Below the pieces are notes generated by a model. It worked only from the letters and a program-made list of their open reading frames with translations, had not been told where the DNA came from and did no database searches. Position numbers and translations under genes: made by a program. A stretch of 64,000 nucleotides of DNA. Origin: Candidatus Zixiibacteriota bacterium (GTDB lineage: Bacteria > Zixibacteria > MSB-5A5 > UBA10806 > 4484-95). The stretch covers positions 96,001-160,000 of the forward strand of contig JBBIRK010000005.1 of the NCBI GenBank assembly GCA_037441845.1. Reading direction: 5' to 3'. Below are positions 10,214 through 19,521 of the stretch, one piece after another. How positions within the stretch are numbered: position 1 is the stretch's first letter; each line of letters opens with the position of its first letter.

Positions 10214-10975
10214 TCATCCCCCGATCCAATACGCGTTAAGAGAATCGATGAAATTTCTTTCCATAAGTCTGCCGAGAGCCGAATTTAGGCTGTCCAGCAA
10301 TTCGCTGTCGGATTTACGCACCGCTATTCCATAATTTTCCTCGGATAACAACGTCCCTACTATTTTGGCGTTGCCGCGAACCGCGATCACGCGCATGCTG
10401 GTCGGGTAATCGTTCAATACCGCATCCAACCGACCGTTTTCCATATCGATAAAAGCGGCTCCTATATTATCGAAACTTATCACCTGAGCGTCCTCAATTT
10501 CTTTGGCTTTCATTTCGCCGGTTGTTCCCAGCTGAACGCCGATCTTCTTCCCTTTGAGATCAGCGATACCGGTGATAGTGGTGTCGTTGATAGGAACCGC
10601 GATGGCCTGGCCGGCTTTATAGTATGGACGGCTGAACGACACGGCTTGTTGTCTGTCTTCGGTGATGGTCATTGCCGAGATAATACAATCGTATTTGCCC
10701 GAATTAAGCCCGCCGATTATTCCAGAAAACGGGACGACCGTGAATTCCGGCTTAAGGTTCAATTCGCGGCAAATCGCATTAATCAAATCGATATCGAAAC
10801 CGATCAGGCGGCCGGTTTTTTCATCGTTGAATTCGAAAGGGGGATAGGTCGCATCGGTTCCCAATCGCAGTATTCCGGAATTTGCGATCCGATCATAGGT
10901 GTCTCCATGGTCGGCTGTGCAGCCCAGCGCGAGACACAATGCGGTCGCTAAAAAGATGATCGTTTTCATAACCAA
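10214..10975 (-). CDS. Amino-acid ABC substrate-binding lipoprotein (family 3)
   Basis: Lipobox LALGC, DATYPPFEF, GFDID, MTITEDR, GVQLGTTG; start may be MKTII at 10969. Confidence 0.93.
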   Translation of the reverse strand: MVMKTIIFLATALCLALGCTADHGDTYDRIANSGILRLGTDATYPPFEFNDEKTGRLIGFDIDLINAICRELNLKPEFTVVPFSGIIGGLNSGKYDCIISAMTITEDRQQAVSFSRPYYKAGQAIAVPINDTTITGIADLKGKKIGVQLGTTGEMKAKEIEDAQVISFDNIGAAFIDMENGRLDAVLNDYPTSMRVIAVRGNAKIVGTLLSEENYGIAVRKSDSELLDSLNSALGRLMERNFIDSLNAYWIGG

Positions 10976-11403
10976 CTCTTCTTAAATTTGTTTTTATCAT
11001 CATAGCGCAAAAACTTGCCTTCGGCGCGGCAAATAATCTCTCTGTCCTCATGAAAAACGACTGCTTCGCATTCAACCAGGCGGCCGCGATACCGTAATCC
11101 TTCCGCCTTGACCATAATCCTCGACCCAATAAACGCCGGCCGTTTGTATTTGATTTGAACGGCGGCGGTTATGGCTGGAAATCCGCTGGAGTGTACAAGA
11201 TGCATCATGGCTTCATCTGCGATGGCGAACAATATTCCCCCGTGAACCACATTGTCGAAACCGCAATGTTCCGGCCTTGGATCGAACTCCGCTATGACAG
11301 TACTCCCGTCGAAAGTAAATGCCATATCGAGGCCGACTTTATTATCCCTGCCGCAAACGTAACAGAAGCGGCTGCGTAGAGTCGATAAAGGCATCGAAGA
11401 CAA
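10966..11403 (-). CDS. PaaI-family hotdog thioesterase
   Basis: CYVCG..N..GL N-terminus, VVHGG...DE motif. Confidence 0.85.
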   Translation of the reverse strand: MSSMPLSTLRSRFCYVCGRDNKVGLDMAFTFDGSTVIAEFDPRPEHCGFDNVVHGGILFAIADEAMMHLVHSSGFPAITAAVQIKYKRPAFIGSRIMVKAEGLRYRGRLVECEAVVFHEDREIICRAEGKFLRYDDKNKFKKSWL

Positions 11404-11539
11404 TAATAGGCCGGCTCCAAAAAGCGGTCAATAAAAATATCGGTCGATTCGACTTTGAATACGGCCGGATCGGAAATTATGCCCGACCGATATTGGAGAG
11501 CGGGAAAAGCGCCCGATTGATCTCACCGATACGCCGGAA

Positions 11540-12463
11540 TCAGTAGTATTCCAGTTCGATGCTGGAAACGCCCGAATCTATATTCAGCTCGATCCGGCAT
11601 TTTGCAGTTTCAAAGTTGTCGGATTTATACCGCCCCTCGAACTTTTTCAAACCTATCTCGGAGAAATTCGTAGAAGAAAGCGCGCCGTCATGGGCGATCA
11701 TAATCCCGGCCTCGCGCGGCACGAATAACCTCACACTCGATGCTCCAGAGCTCAGCCTTGCCAACACCTGATCCGATTTGAGACCGAATCTAAGAACCGT
11801 GTTCGAGGCTCCCGCATCGATATCAAGGTCGGTCAACATCAGTTCCCTCAAGTCCATCTCGACAGCGGACGCTGCTGAATTCACCGAAATCCGCAACGGC
11901 AGCCAATCCGCCACGAATAACCTGGCGTCGCCGGCCGATTTTGAGGTTTTGAAAAATCTGACTCTTCCCGGTTTGCCCGACTCGACAAAAATCGTGGCCT
12001 CGTCTCCTGACTTTTCGAGCCGGCATTTTGGATCCCTGCCGTAATATTCAAAATCGCTTTCGAAAAGGCTGGACGAACTCGAACCGAGCCATAAATCGCC
12101 CACAGCGCAATCGATATCCAAATTCAGTCTTTTCAAAGATTCGTCACGATCGAATTCATATTGCTTCGTTTTCCTGCGCAGGTCTTCCCATCGGTTAAAC
12201 ATGAAAGTTTTACTGCCTAATTGCTCGGCGGCCAAAACGGCGTAGGCGAATGCCGCAACTATTAATAGCGGTGAGGCCAATGACAAAAACCATAGCCTGC
12301 TGCGTCTGAATAATATCTCGACTCCTATGGCAATAATTAATACCGGCCAAAGTGTTATGATTGATCCCCATACGTCGTAATCGAGGTAGCCGAGATTGTT
12401 AGCCAAGAAAATCAGACCTACACAGAGAAGCAGTATTCCCCATCGGATCGAGCTAATTCTCAT
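11540..12463 (-). CDS. LiaF/DUF5668-type membrane protein with extracytoplasmic beta-repeat ('toast-rack'-like) domain
   Basis: N-terminal TM segments with LWPVLIIAIG, repeated 'GxS' beta-strands (SAAS, AGAS, SGAS, SGVSSI); overlaps pspC. Confidence 0.7.
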   Translation of the reverse strand: MRISSIRWGILLLCVGLIFLANNLGYLDYDVWGSIITLWPVLIIAIGVEILFRRSRLWFLSLASPLLIVAAFAYAVLAAEQLGSKTFMFNRWEDLRRKTKQYEFDRDESLKRLNLDIDCAVGDLWLGSSSSSLFESDFEYYGRDPKCRLEKSGDEATIFVESGKPGRVRFFKTSKSAGDARLFVADWLPLRISVNSAASAVEMDLRELMLTDLDIDAGASNTVLRFGLKSDQVLARLSSGASSVRLFVPREAGIMIAHDGALSSTNFSEIGLKKFEGRYKSDNFETAKCRIELNIDSGVSSIELEYY

Positions 12464-12902
12464 GTTCGGCCTCCTTTTCCATACCCCGGGTTATCACCAG
12501 TATGCCGATCAGAATTATGATAATGGGCCATAGCTTAAAGACCGAGAACCAGCTCCAAACGTTAAGCGTCCCCAAAAGAGCCAAAAACCCGATCACGATA
12601 AAAGCTATTCCAAGAATTAAGCGCGGCCTGCTGACACTTAAGTCCCCGGCGGGTGTTCGTTCGTTCGGCTCCGAGCCGGCGGAATCATTTTTCGGCGGAA
12701 CCTCGCCATGGGAAATCGGCTTGCAGGGCATGATTATCCAGGCTACTATATATGACAGTAACCCAACACCGCCGGCGAAAAACAACAACACGGCCGCCAG
12801 TCTGATCAACACGGGATCGGTGTCGAAATATTCGGCCAATCCCGCGCAGACACCGCCGATTATTGCTCCCTCACGCGCTCTGTAGAGTCTTTTTGCGGCC
12901 AT
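12453..12902 (-). CDS. pspC: PspC-domain envelope-stress membrane protein
   Basis: KRLYR...IGGVCAGLAEYFDTDP.LIRL...YIVAWIIMP, plus C-terminal LWP-type TM hairpin. Confidence 0.92.
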   Translation of the reverse strand: MAAKRLYRAREGAIIGGVCAGLAEYFDTDPVLIRLAAVLLFFAGGVGLLSYIVAWIIMPCKPISHGEVPPKNDSAGSEPNERTPAGDLSVSRPRLILGIAFIVIGFLALLGTLNVWSWFSVFKLWPIIIILIGILVITRGMEKEAEHEN

Positions 12903-12942
12903 CGGAATTCCTCCCTTAATTATGGTGATCGTCTATGGATAT

Positions 12943-12970
12943 TTACGTTGAAATCGCTGTCGGGGTTACA
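12943..12970 (-). promoter_or_regulatory. ECF-sigma-type promoter upstream of pspC
   Basis: TGTAAC-N17-CGTAA, resembling SigW/SigX-class AAC...CGT promoters. Confidence 0.55.
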
Positions 12971-12982
12971 GTAATTTCGGCA

Positions 12983-13729
12983 TTACGGTTCCGTCTCCGA
13001 CCCACCGGTCATCGGGACGAAACGGACCGGAATTATATTCGATTCTTTTATTCGACCATCGATTTTTCTGATAAGTTTCAGCTCTTGATAATAGGTGCCT
13101 ACCGGAATGACCAGACGCCCTCCCTCGGCTAATTGCTCGAGAAGAGCGGGAGGAACCGTCTCCGGCGCAGCGGTCACGATAATGACGTCGAACGGCGCGT
13201 GTTCCGGTAATCCCTTGTAACCATCGCCGCATATGACGGTGACATTATAATGCAGCGCTTTCAGTGTGGAATCCGCCCTCGAGGCAAGTTCGCTTAGTAT
13301 TTCGATAGAATAAACGGAATCCGAAATTTCGGCAAGCACGGCGGCCTGATAACCCGAACCGGTTCCTATTTCCAGCACTTTGGAATCTCTTGTCGGCTGT
13401 CCGAGTTCGGTCATCAAGGCCACTATATAGGGCTGACTGATGGTTTGACCAAGGCCTATCGGAAGCGGTTCGTCATCGTAAGCGCTCGCCCGCCATTTTT
13501 CCGGCACGAACAGATGGCGCGGAACCTTCCTCATCGCCTCAAGCGTCGCGCTGTCTTTCACTCCTCGGGCGACGATTTGCGTTTCCACCATTTCGAGACG
13601 CTTCTTTTCCCAAAAATCGATGGAATCCGGCGCCGGGCGATCCTTGGCCATCCCTGTTATTCCCAAAAGCACAATCAATAGACCTGCAATGGTCAAATCC
13701 GGGAATCTCCTATGAGGGCATTTTAACAA
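12983..13729 (-). CDS. pcm: Protein-L-isoaspartate(D-aspartate) O-methyltransferase
   Basis: VPRHLFV, GQTISQP, VLEIGTGSGYQAA, APFDVIIVTAA, GGRLVIPVG, VRFVP; hydrophobic N-terminal extension, start uncertain. Confidence 0.95.
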   Translation of the reverse strand: MLKCPHRRFPDLTIAGLLIVLLGITGMAKDRPAPDSIDFWEKKRLEMVETQIVARGVKDSATLEAMRKVPRHLFVPEKWRASAYDDEPLPIGLGQTISQPYIVALMTELGQPTRDSKVLEIGTGSGYQAAVLAEISDSVYSIEILSELASRADSTLKALHYNVTVICGDGYKGLPEHAPFDVIIVTAAPETVPPALLEQLAEGGRLVIPVGTYYQELKLIRKIDGRIKESNIIPVRFVPMTGGSETEP

Positions 13730-13731
13730 AA

Positions 13732-14790
13732 TCAGAAAGAATAGTCAAAGCCGATATTGATCGTAAAGGATGAATAGTCAAGGAATCGTTTTGCGTCGCT
13801 TGCCGGTAAATCGGATTCGTTGCTGCTGATACCCGCTCCTATAAGTAATTCAGTCCGATGATTCAACGTTTGTCGAAGATCAAGACCGGCCCGCAACCGG
13901 GTATCCTCGCGCCCGAATCGGAATCGATCTTCCTGAGTCAATTTTTCGGTTTGATAAAGTGCGAGTCGATAACCCAATTTCGGCGAAACGAGCAACCGTT
14001 TGCCGGAAAGTCCATGCGCAGTCAATCTTGCTCCGCCCCAGAAGGAAAACATATCATAGGATGTGTCCCTGCGATAGGCCTCGCTGTTGCGGCCTCTGCT
14101 TTTGGCCGCGGTGAATTCATAGCCTCCGATCAGCCGATTCGCGTTGGTGAATCTGTAACCGAGTTCGAATCCGAAACAATAAATATGCAAATCGCGTTCA
14201 TTGAAGGAGTCATTAAAGTTTTTCCGTTCATATCCCAGATATGCCTTGCCCGTAATTTTTTTCATCAATATGGAATACAGCGTCAGATCCGCGCCGATTT
14301 TCGCGAATTCGGCTTCCTTATAGTCGCCATCGTAAGTTTGCAGATTGCGATAATAATAATCCGGAAGATAATTTATGCTCGCCTGTATGTAAGTTCCTTT
14401 GCGCAAATACTCTCTGGCCCAGATTCCGCCAGAATAATATCTACGCTTGTCATTTTTAATATTGAAATTATATACCGAATTGAACCCCGCCTGAAACGTA
14501 TGCCCCAATAACTCGCTTTTATAAATCATTCTGAAAGAAGGCGAGAATATAAAATCGTCTTTCGATTCGATGCCGAATCGTCCGCCGGGTGCAGCGCCGA
14601 TCGAATCGAATAAATCGAGATCGGCCTCGGAGTAGTTCAATACATTGTCATCGTAAGTGCATTTTAGGCCGATATCGAACTCCCACTTGCTTGCCGAAAC
14701 CGGACCGGGAGCAAACGACAGCATTGTAAAAATTATCAGAATCGGCAATACCGAAAAGCGCGCGAAACTCCGCTCGATGTCAGGCTTCAT
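13732..14790 (-). CDS. Putative outer-membrane beta-barrel protein
   Basis: Signal peptide, YDDN motif near the N-terminus, alternating amphipathic strands, C-terminal beta-signal IGFDYSF. Confidence 0.75.
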   Translation of the reverse strand: MKPDIERSFARFSVLPILIIFTMLSFAPGPVSASKWEFDIGLKCTYDDNVLNYSEADLDLFDSIGAAPGGRFGIESKDDFIFSPSFRMIYKSELLGHTFQAGFNSVYNFNIKNDKRRYYSGGIWAREYLRKGTYIQASINYLPDYYYRNLQTYDGDYKEAEFAKIGADLTLYSILMKKITGKAYLGYERKNFNDSFNERDLHIYCFGFELGYRFTNANRLIGGYEFTAAKSRGRNSEAYRRDTSYDMFSFWGGARLTAHGLSGKRLLVSPKLGYRLALYQTEKLTQEDRFRFGREDTRLRAGLDLRQTLNHRTELLIGAGISSNESDLPASDAKRFLDYSSFTINIGFDYSF

Positions 14791-14802
14791 GTCGATCCAC
14801 CT

Positions 14803-15708
14803 TTATTGGCTATCCTGCTTGGGCAACGAAAATCTGATGCTGACGGTTTGAGCCGCGGATTCCTTGAGGCTGAAATCAAGAATATGAGTGCCCGCCGGCA
14901 CACGCAATATAAATTCCTCCGGCTGAGAGGGGACGACCCCGGTCAAATCCTGATAAGCGGTGGAAAGCGATTTTTCCACGGTCGCGGAAAAGACCTTGAG
15001 TTCCTTGCCGTTTTCTGAAACCGCGATCGTATATCCGATCCGGCCGTCGAGCTCGCTGGTGAAATTCGCCCTCGTGGTCATAATTAAATCGAGCGGGCCG
15101 GCCGCTTTCAGCTTCAGCCCCTTCTGCTGATCGATCAGATAATACATGGTCTGGTTTTTCTTCGAATAAAGATGAACCTTTCGATTGTATTCGAGCGGCC
15201 AAAGAGTGACAGGGGGGGCGCCTTCAGCGGAAATCTTTTCGGCGGCTATACGCACGAATACGGTATCGATATTTTCCGATACGAGCCATAGCCTGTAGTT
15301 ATGCAATCCCAGCGGAACATCGAACTGAAAAGCGCGCGCGGCCGCCGGCAATAATGCCGACCCGATGAACCTGCCTTCCGCCTTTTTGGCCTTGTGTTTG
15401 TCGGCATGAACCAGATACTCGCCGTTCCAAACCTGAACCTGATAGTCGGCTTGTATATTCTCTCCAGATAAACCGGCACGACTGCGGATTTCCACCATGG
15501 CGGGACCGTCTATCGCAAAACCGAGCGATTGACCCTTTACCAGCGCATGATAAACGAATGTTCTGCCTTTTCCGGCGTCAAACTGCACGATTCTTGGCTT
15601 ACCGAACGGAACGATTATTTTGGTCTTGGTCTTATCTCCATTTTGGGCGGAGGCCAGCGGCGCAAGCCCCACACAAAACCAGATCATAAAGCGGATAAGT
15701 CTTGCCAT
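14803..15708 (-). CDS. Secreted/periplasmic protein with two tandem beta-rich domains
   Basis: Signal peptide ending ASA-Q; internal duplication GPAMVEIRSRA/GPLDLIMTTRA and FDVPLGLH/LRVPAGTH. Confidence 0.75.
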   Translation of the reverse strand: MARLIRFMIWFCVGLAPLASAQNGDKTKTKIIVPFGKPRIVQFDAGKGRTFVYHALVKGQSLGFAIDGPAMVEIRSRAGLSGENIQADYQVQVWNGEYLVHADKHKAKKAEGRFIGSALLPAAARAFQFDVPLGLHNYRLWLVSENIDTVFVRIAAEKISAEGAPPVTLWPLEYNRKVHLYSKKNQTMYYLIDQQKGLKLKAAGPLDLIMTTRANFTSELDGRIGYTIAVSENGKELKVFSATVEKSLSTAYQDLTGVVPSQPEEFILRVPAGTHILDFSLKESAAQTVSIRFSLPKQDSQ

Positions 15709-15720
15709 CTGAAATCCTCG

Positions 15721-16860
15721 TCAGGTTTTGCGGACAAAAAGGTGCCTGTTTTTAACGATGAAATAACGCAAATCGAGCCTTATGGCCAGTATTACTATCA
15801 AGAGCAGGATCAAAGTATAAATCGCCGTGGAAACCACCGAATAGCGATGTTTGATGAAAATCGGTCCCTCACCTATCTCCGGCTCTCCGGTCAAATCCAC
15901 CGGCAGCCCGTTTTTTTCAGCGATTGCACTTAAATCGAGAATATGGATCACCGGCAGTCGACGTTGCGCGAGAATATTTATTGCGCCCCGTGCCGGGAAT
16001 TGTCTGCCTCTTAGGGAAGCGCTGTATCCGGGTGGAATCAGACGAGCATTTTGCGCGGATCCCACCGCCGCCAATCCGCCGCCGACATTTACGACAGCCT
16101 TGAGCTCGCGTTCTCCTCTTTCGCGGTCGATTATGCTTATTCTCCTGTCGATATTTTTTTGCAACGCGTCCGCCGGCGATTTGGATTGCGGAGTAGTGAT
16201 CAGTTCGACATTGTTTCTTTTTATCGCCTCTTCAAGAAGCTGCCTTCCCCTGGGCGATAATCCCCTGCCCTCGTCGTTGCCGCCCCCCAGCGATGCCGCC
16301 ACCGATTTGTATTCCCAAATCCCGTTGACCACAAAAATGTTTTCCATGTCCAACCAGGTGAATTCGTCCCGGTTGGCTCCGAAAGAGGAGGCACCCACCG
16401 AGGTGATGATAATAGGTTTCAGACCGAGGATTTTACAGGCGGCCAACACCGCTATATTCGCCCCGGGAAACGATCCGCTGAAAAATACGGCGATCACGTC
16501 GCCTTCGACCAGATTCGCCCGCTTGAAATAATCGACCATTACGGCCGCTAAATTCGGATTGGTGGAAATCAGTTTGTCTCTGAGGCTGCTTCGGTCGGTG
16601 GTTATGAGTGAATATTGGGGACCGATTAATCCGGTAAGATTGGGATCGTTTTCGGCGTCGATTGCATATCCCCTTAACGATAATTCGTTTCTCACCAGCT
16701 CCTGAGCCTTTTGGGCCAGTTGCGCAGCTTTGATTTTCTGGTCATAATAATCGGATTTAAGCGGCGTCTGACTTTTTTCGGCGAGATAAAACAGGACTAT
16801 CGAACAAACCGCGAGGAATACCAGCAGTGCAAACGAAGGCTTGCCGGTGCGCTGTATCAT
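15721..16860 (-). CDS. pgsW: Poly-gamma-glutamate system protein PgsW
   Basis: DPNLTGLIG...ITT, STNPN, SGSFPGANIA, SVGASSFGAN, FTWLDME, VNVGG; N- and C-terminal TM; overlaps pgsC. Confidence 0.88.
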   Translation of the reverse strand: MIQRTGKPSFALLVFLAVCSIVLFYLAEKSQTPLKSDYYDQKIKAAQLAQKAQELVRNELSLRGYAIDAENDPNLTGLIGPQYSLITTDRSSLRDKLISTNPNLAAVMVDYFKRANLVEGDVIAVFFSGSFPGANIAVLAACKILGLKPIIITSVGASSFGANRDEFTWLDMENIFVVNGIWEYKSVAASLGGGNDEGRGLSPRGRQLLEEAIKRNNVELITTPQSKSPADALQKNIDRRISIIDRERGERELKAVVNVGGGLAAVGSAQNARLIPPGYSASLRGRQFPARGAINILAQRRLPVIHILDLSAIAEKNGLPVDLTGEPEIGEGPIFIKHRYSVVSTAIYTLILLLIVILAIRLDLRYFIVKNRHLFVRKT

Positions 16861-17333
16861 AAGATCACCTCGCCGCCGGTGAATATCATCAAGAGCATTC
16901 TCACCAAGACGCCGGCGACTATCATGGTGGTAATGGTTTGCACCACTCCCTGTCTTTCCATCCAGTTGGCTATCAATCCCGGTATGATGTATCCTATCGA
17001 TTGAAATTCGAGAGCGAACTCATCGGCCACTCCCCGCGGCGTGATCACGAAGAACTCCTTGGATATCCAGCCCAGACAAAAGCCGACGATGATGATCATC
17101 ACGGTGCGCCTTCTGCCGTAAATAAACATGTAATTCGACAACAGCCTGACGGTCAGAAACGTCAATAGCGACACTATAATCGTGCCCACGATCCTCAACG
17201 GGTGATGAATCATCAACGCCACGTAACCGGGGACCACCATGCCGCCTGCGGCCAATCCCAGGGATTCGGAAAACACCAGGCTGACCACCAAACCCAGGCC
17301 TATGGCCTGCATAATTAAACTCGCCTCAGGCAA
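16857..17333 (-). CDS. pgsC: Poly-gamma-glutamate biosynthesis membrane protein PgsC/CapC
   Basis: GLAAGGMVVPGYVAL, YGRRR, IGYIIPGLIANWMERQG. Confidence 0.95.
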   Translation of the reverse strand: MPEASLIMQAIGLGLVVSLVFSESLGLAAGGMVVPGYVALMIHHPLRIVGTIIVSLLTFLTVRLLSNYMFIYGRRRTVMIIIVGFCLGWISKEFFVITPRGVADEFALEFQSIGYIIPGLIANWMERQGVVQTITTMIVAGVLVRMLLMIFTGGEVIL

Positions 17334-18498
17334 TCATCCTCCCGTTGCTGACAAAATGATTGACGATTTCTTCTCCCAAACCTACTATATTGCCTATCCC
17401 TACAACCAACGATTCTTCGGGTGTGATCGATTTTATGAATTCGAACACCTGGGCAGCCGATTGTCCGCCGATATCCTTGATTTTGGCCGGCGGCAAACCG
17501 CAATGAATCGCCCGATGCGTGAGCGCATGCGTATATTCGCCGCTTATAACGAAAAAATCGGCATCCAGCTCCTTGGCGATGAATTCTCCGAGTTGTTCGG
17601 CCCGCTGAATCCTGTCTTTGCGCGAATTAACCAGGACGATCAGCTTCCTTTGCGGCGTCCGGTGAATATCGAGCATGTTCCAAATCGCCCGGTAGCTGTC
17701 AGGATCATTGGCGGCGAACGCATTCACGAACTCGATTTTTTTGCCGTCGGGTTGAAGCATATATTTATGCAAAACCCCCGGATCGGGATTGATCGCATAC
17801 ATTCCTCTTAAGGCATCCTCTCTTCTTATGCCGAAATGACCGCAAACCGCCAGGGCGAGCGCGACGTTGTCTTTATGCTCGAGATACGCGAAGCCTCTTA
17901 AATCTTCGGAACCGATCCCCGAGGAATCGACAAACCGAACTTCTGTTTCGAGCGCTTTCGCCTTAGCCTTGAATAAGTCAAGAAATCTTTTCTCGGTCGT
18001 GAAGAGGATGCCGCGGCGGGGAATGGTGCCCGCCAAAGCCGCTGCGGCATCGTCGATCGTCGGACCCATGACATCGAGATGGTCGTCCCGCACGTTGGTG
18101 ATGACGCCGACGTGCGCTTTTATCATTCTATGTTCGGCTATCCATTGCAAGTCGGGCTGGACGGCCATACATTCAACCACGAAATATTCGGCTTTTTCGG
18201 ATGCGGCTTGTCTGCTGATTTTCAGTTGTTCGATAATATTCGGCTTGCCCACTCGATAGATCGGTTTTTCGTTTCCCGCCAAATCGATCGTTCGCGGTTT
18301 CGTTCCGGTGGTTTTGATAAATACCCGCTTTCCTCCCCCTTTGAGACCTCCGCCGATAAGTCTTGTCACCGATGATTTACCGCGGGTTCCGTTGATATGA
18401 ATTCTGACGGGGATCTGTTTCAGCACAAGTCGATGGCGATAGTGCTCCTGGAGACCATATACGACAAGTACCGCAAATAACAAGAAAACAACCCACAT
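17326..18498 (-). CDS. pgsB: Poly-gamma-glutamate synthase PgsB/CapB (Mur-ligase-like)
   Basis: RIHINGTRGKSSVTRLI, KTTGT, NIIEQ, ECMAVQP, ITNVRDDHLDVMGPT, NAFAANDP, GIGNI. Confidence 0.96.
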   Translation of the reverse strand: MWVVFLLFAVLVVYGLQEHYRHRLVLKQIPVRIHINGTRGKSSVTRLIGGGLKGGGKRVFIKTTGTKPRTIDLAGNEKPIYRVGKPNIIEQLKISRQAASEKAEYFVVECMAVQPDLQWIAEHRMIKAHVGVITNVRDDHLDVMGPTIDDAAAALAGTIPRRGILFTTEKRFLDLFKAKAKALETEVRFVDSSGIGSEDLRGFAYLEHKDNVALALAVCGHFGIRREDALRGMYAINPDPGVLHKYMLQPDGKKIEFVNAFAANDPDSYRAIWNMLDIHRTPQRKLIVLVNSRKDRIQRAEQLGEFIAKELDADFFVISGEYTHALTHRAIHCGLPPAKIKDIGGQSAAQVFEFIKSITPEESLVVGIGNIVGLGEEIVNHFVSNGRMIA

Positions 18499-18536
18499 AA
18501 GCGCTTTTGCATGCCTTACTCTCCCCAGGCGATGAC

Positions 18537-18565
18537 AATATAAGTCTTCGCACTAAAATATGCAA
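18537..18565 (-). promoter_or_regulatory. Sigma70-type promoter for the pgs operon
   Basis: TTGCAT-N17-TATATT on the - strand. Confidence 0.5.
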
Positions 18566-18606
18566 ACCATTTTCAATCGGGGATTATGAAATATCGAATT
18601 ATCGGC

Positions 18607-19521
18607 TTATTTATTTTCGATCAGACGAAGTTCCAGTTCGTAACGATACAGATTGACCGGATCGGAATTACGATCGCCCGACGCATAGCCCCATCGCGAG
18701 CCCGGCCTTGGGGTCGAGCTGACAGCCGAGAATTTATTCAAGTCGGCGGCGAAATAAAAAGCTTTGTCGACATGGTATAGATGCAGAGGAATCAAACTTG
18801 TGTTTTGATTGCCGGCGACCTGCAATCTCATCATCAATTCAGAGTTGGGAAGCTCGCCATTTGGCCGCCCGGATATATCGACGGTTTTCAAGTTATGATC
18901 CACCAAAGGCAGCGATGGCGACCTATTGCCTCTCCAGCTTCCTTTTGGGCTCACTGCCGCAATAGACGAAAAATCGGCTGAGCGGAATTCCTCCAACTCA
19001 GAATCGCTCCCGCCGCCGTTTTCAACGTAGGAAATCGATCGAGGTTCGGGAGAAACCTTAGAATCTGCAGATAAATTCGCTCCGACCGGAACTGGATTGT
19101 CATCAGTATCATTTGCAACGGCGCCACTTGACGATTCCTGCAAAATAACGAGATCGCTCGCTACATCAGTCCCGCTATCGGGCGAAATCAGGATAACCAT
19201 AAGGATTATCATCAAAGAACTTGCCGCGAAAATCCGCAGGAACACAGGCAATCTTGACATGATAGTCCACCTGCGGTATTCTTTGGTTTGAGGAATTCTG
19301 GCCATGACCCTGGCCAAGGTGCGGTTACCGAAATTGCGCCAGTAAGCGCTTTCCGGCGGAGCCATGTCGACTCTTCGCGCCAAATAACCGATCCTCTGGA
19401 TTGTTTCGTATTCGGACAAACATTCGGCGCAGTCATTCAAATGCTCCTCCAACCACCGGCATTCCCCCAACGCCCCATCCAAGTACGGACCGATCAATCT
19501 TCTATTCTTGCAATTTCCCAT
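18607..19521 (-). CDS. Zinc-binding anti-sigma factor (zf-HC2) with one TM and an extracytoplasmic tail
   Basis: C...YLDG.L...HLNDCAEC (HxxxCxxC), central hydrophobic helix; overlaps the ECF sigma gene. Confidence 0.85.
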   Translation of the reverse strand: MGNCKNRRLIGPYLDGALGECRWLEEHLNDCAECLSEYETIQRIGYLARRVDMAPPESAYWRNFGNRTLARVMARIPQTKEYRRWTIMSRLPVFLRIFAASSLMIILMVILISPDSGTDVASDLVILQESSSGAVANDTDDNPVPVGANLSADSKVSPEPRSISYVENGGGSDSELEEFRSADFSSIAAVSPKGSWRGNRSPSLPLVDHNLKTVDISGRPNGELPNSELMMRLQVAGNQNTSLIPLHLYHVDKAFYFAADLNKFSAVSSTPRPGSRWGYASGDRNSDPVNLYRYELELRLIENK

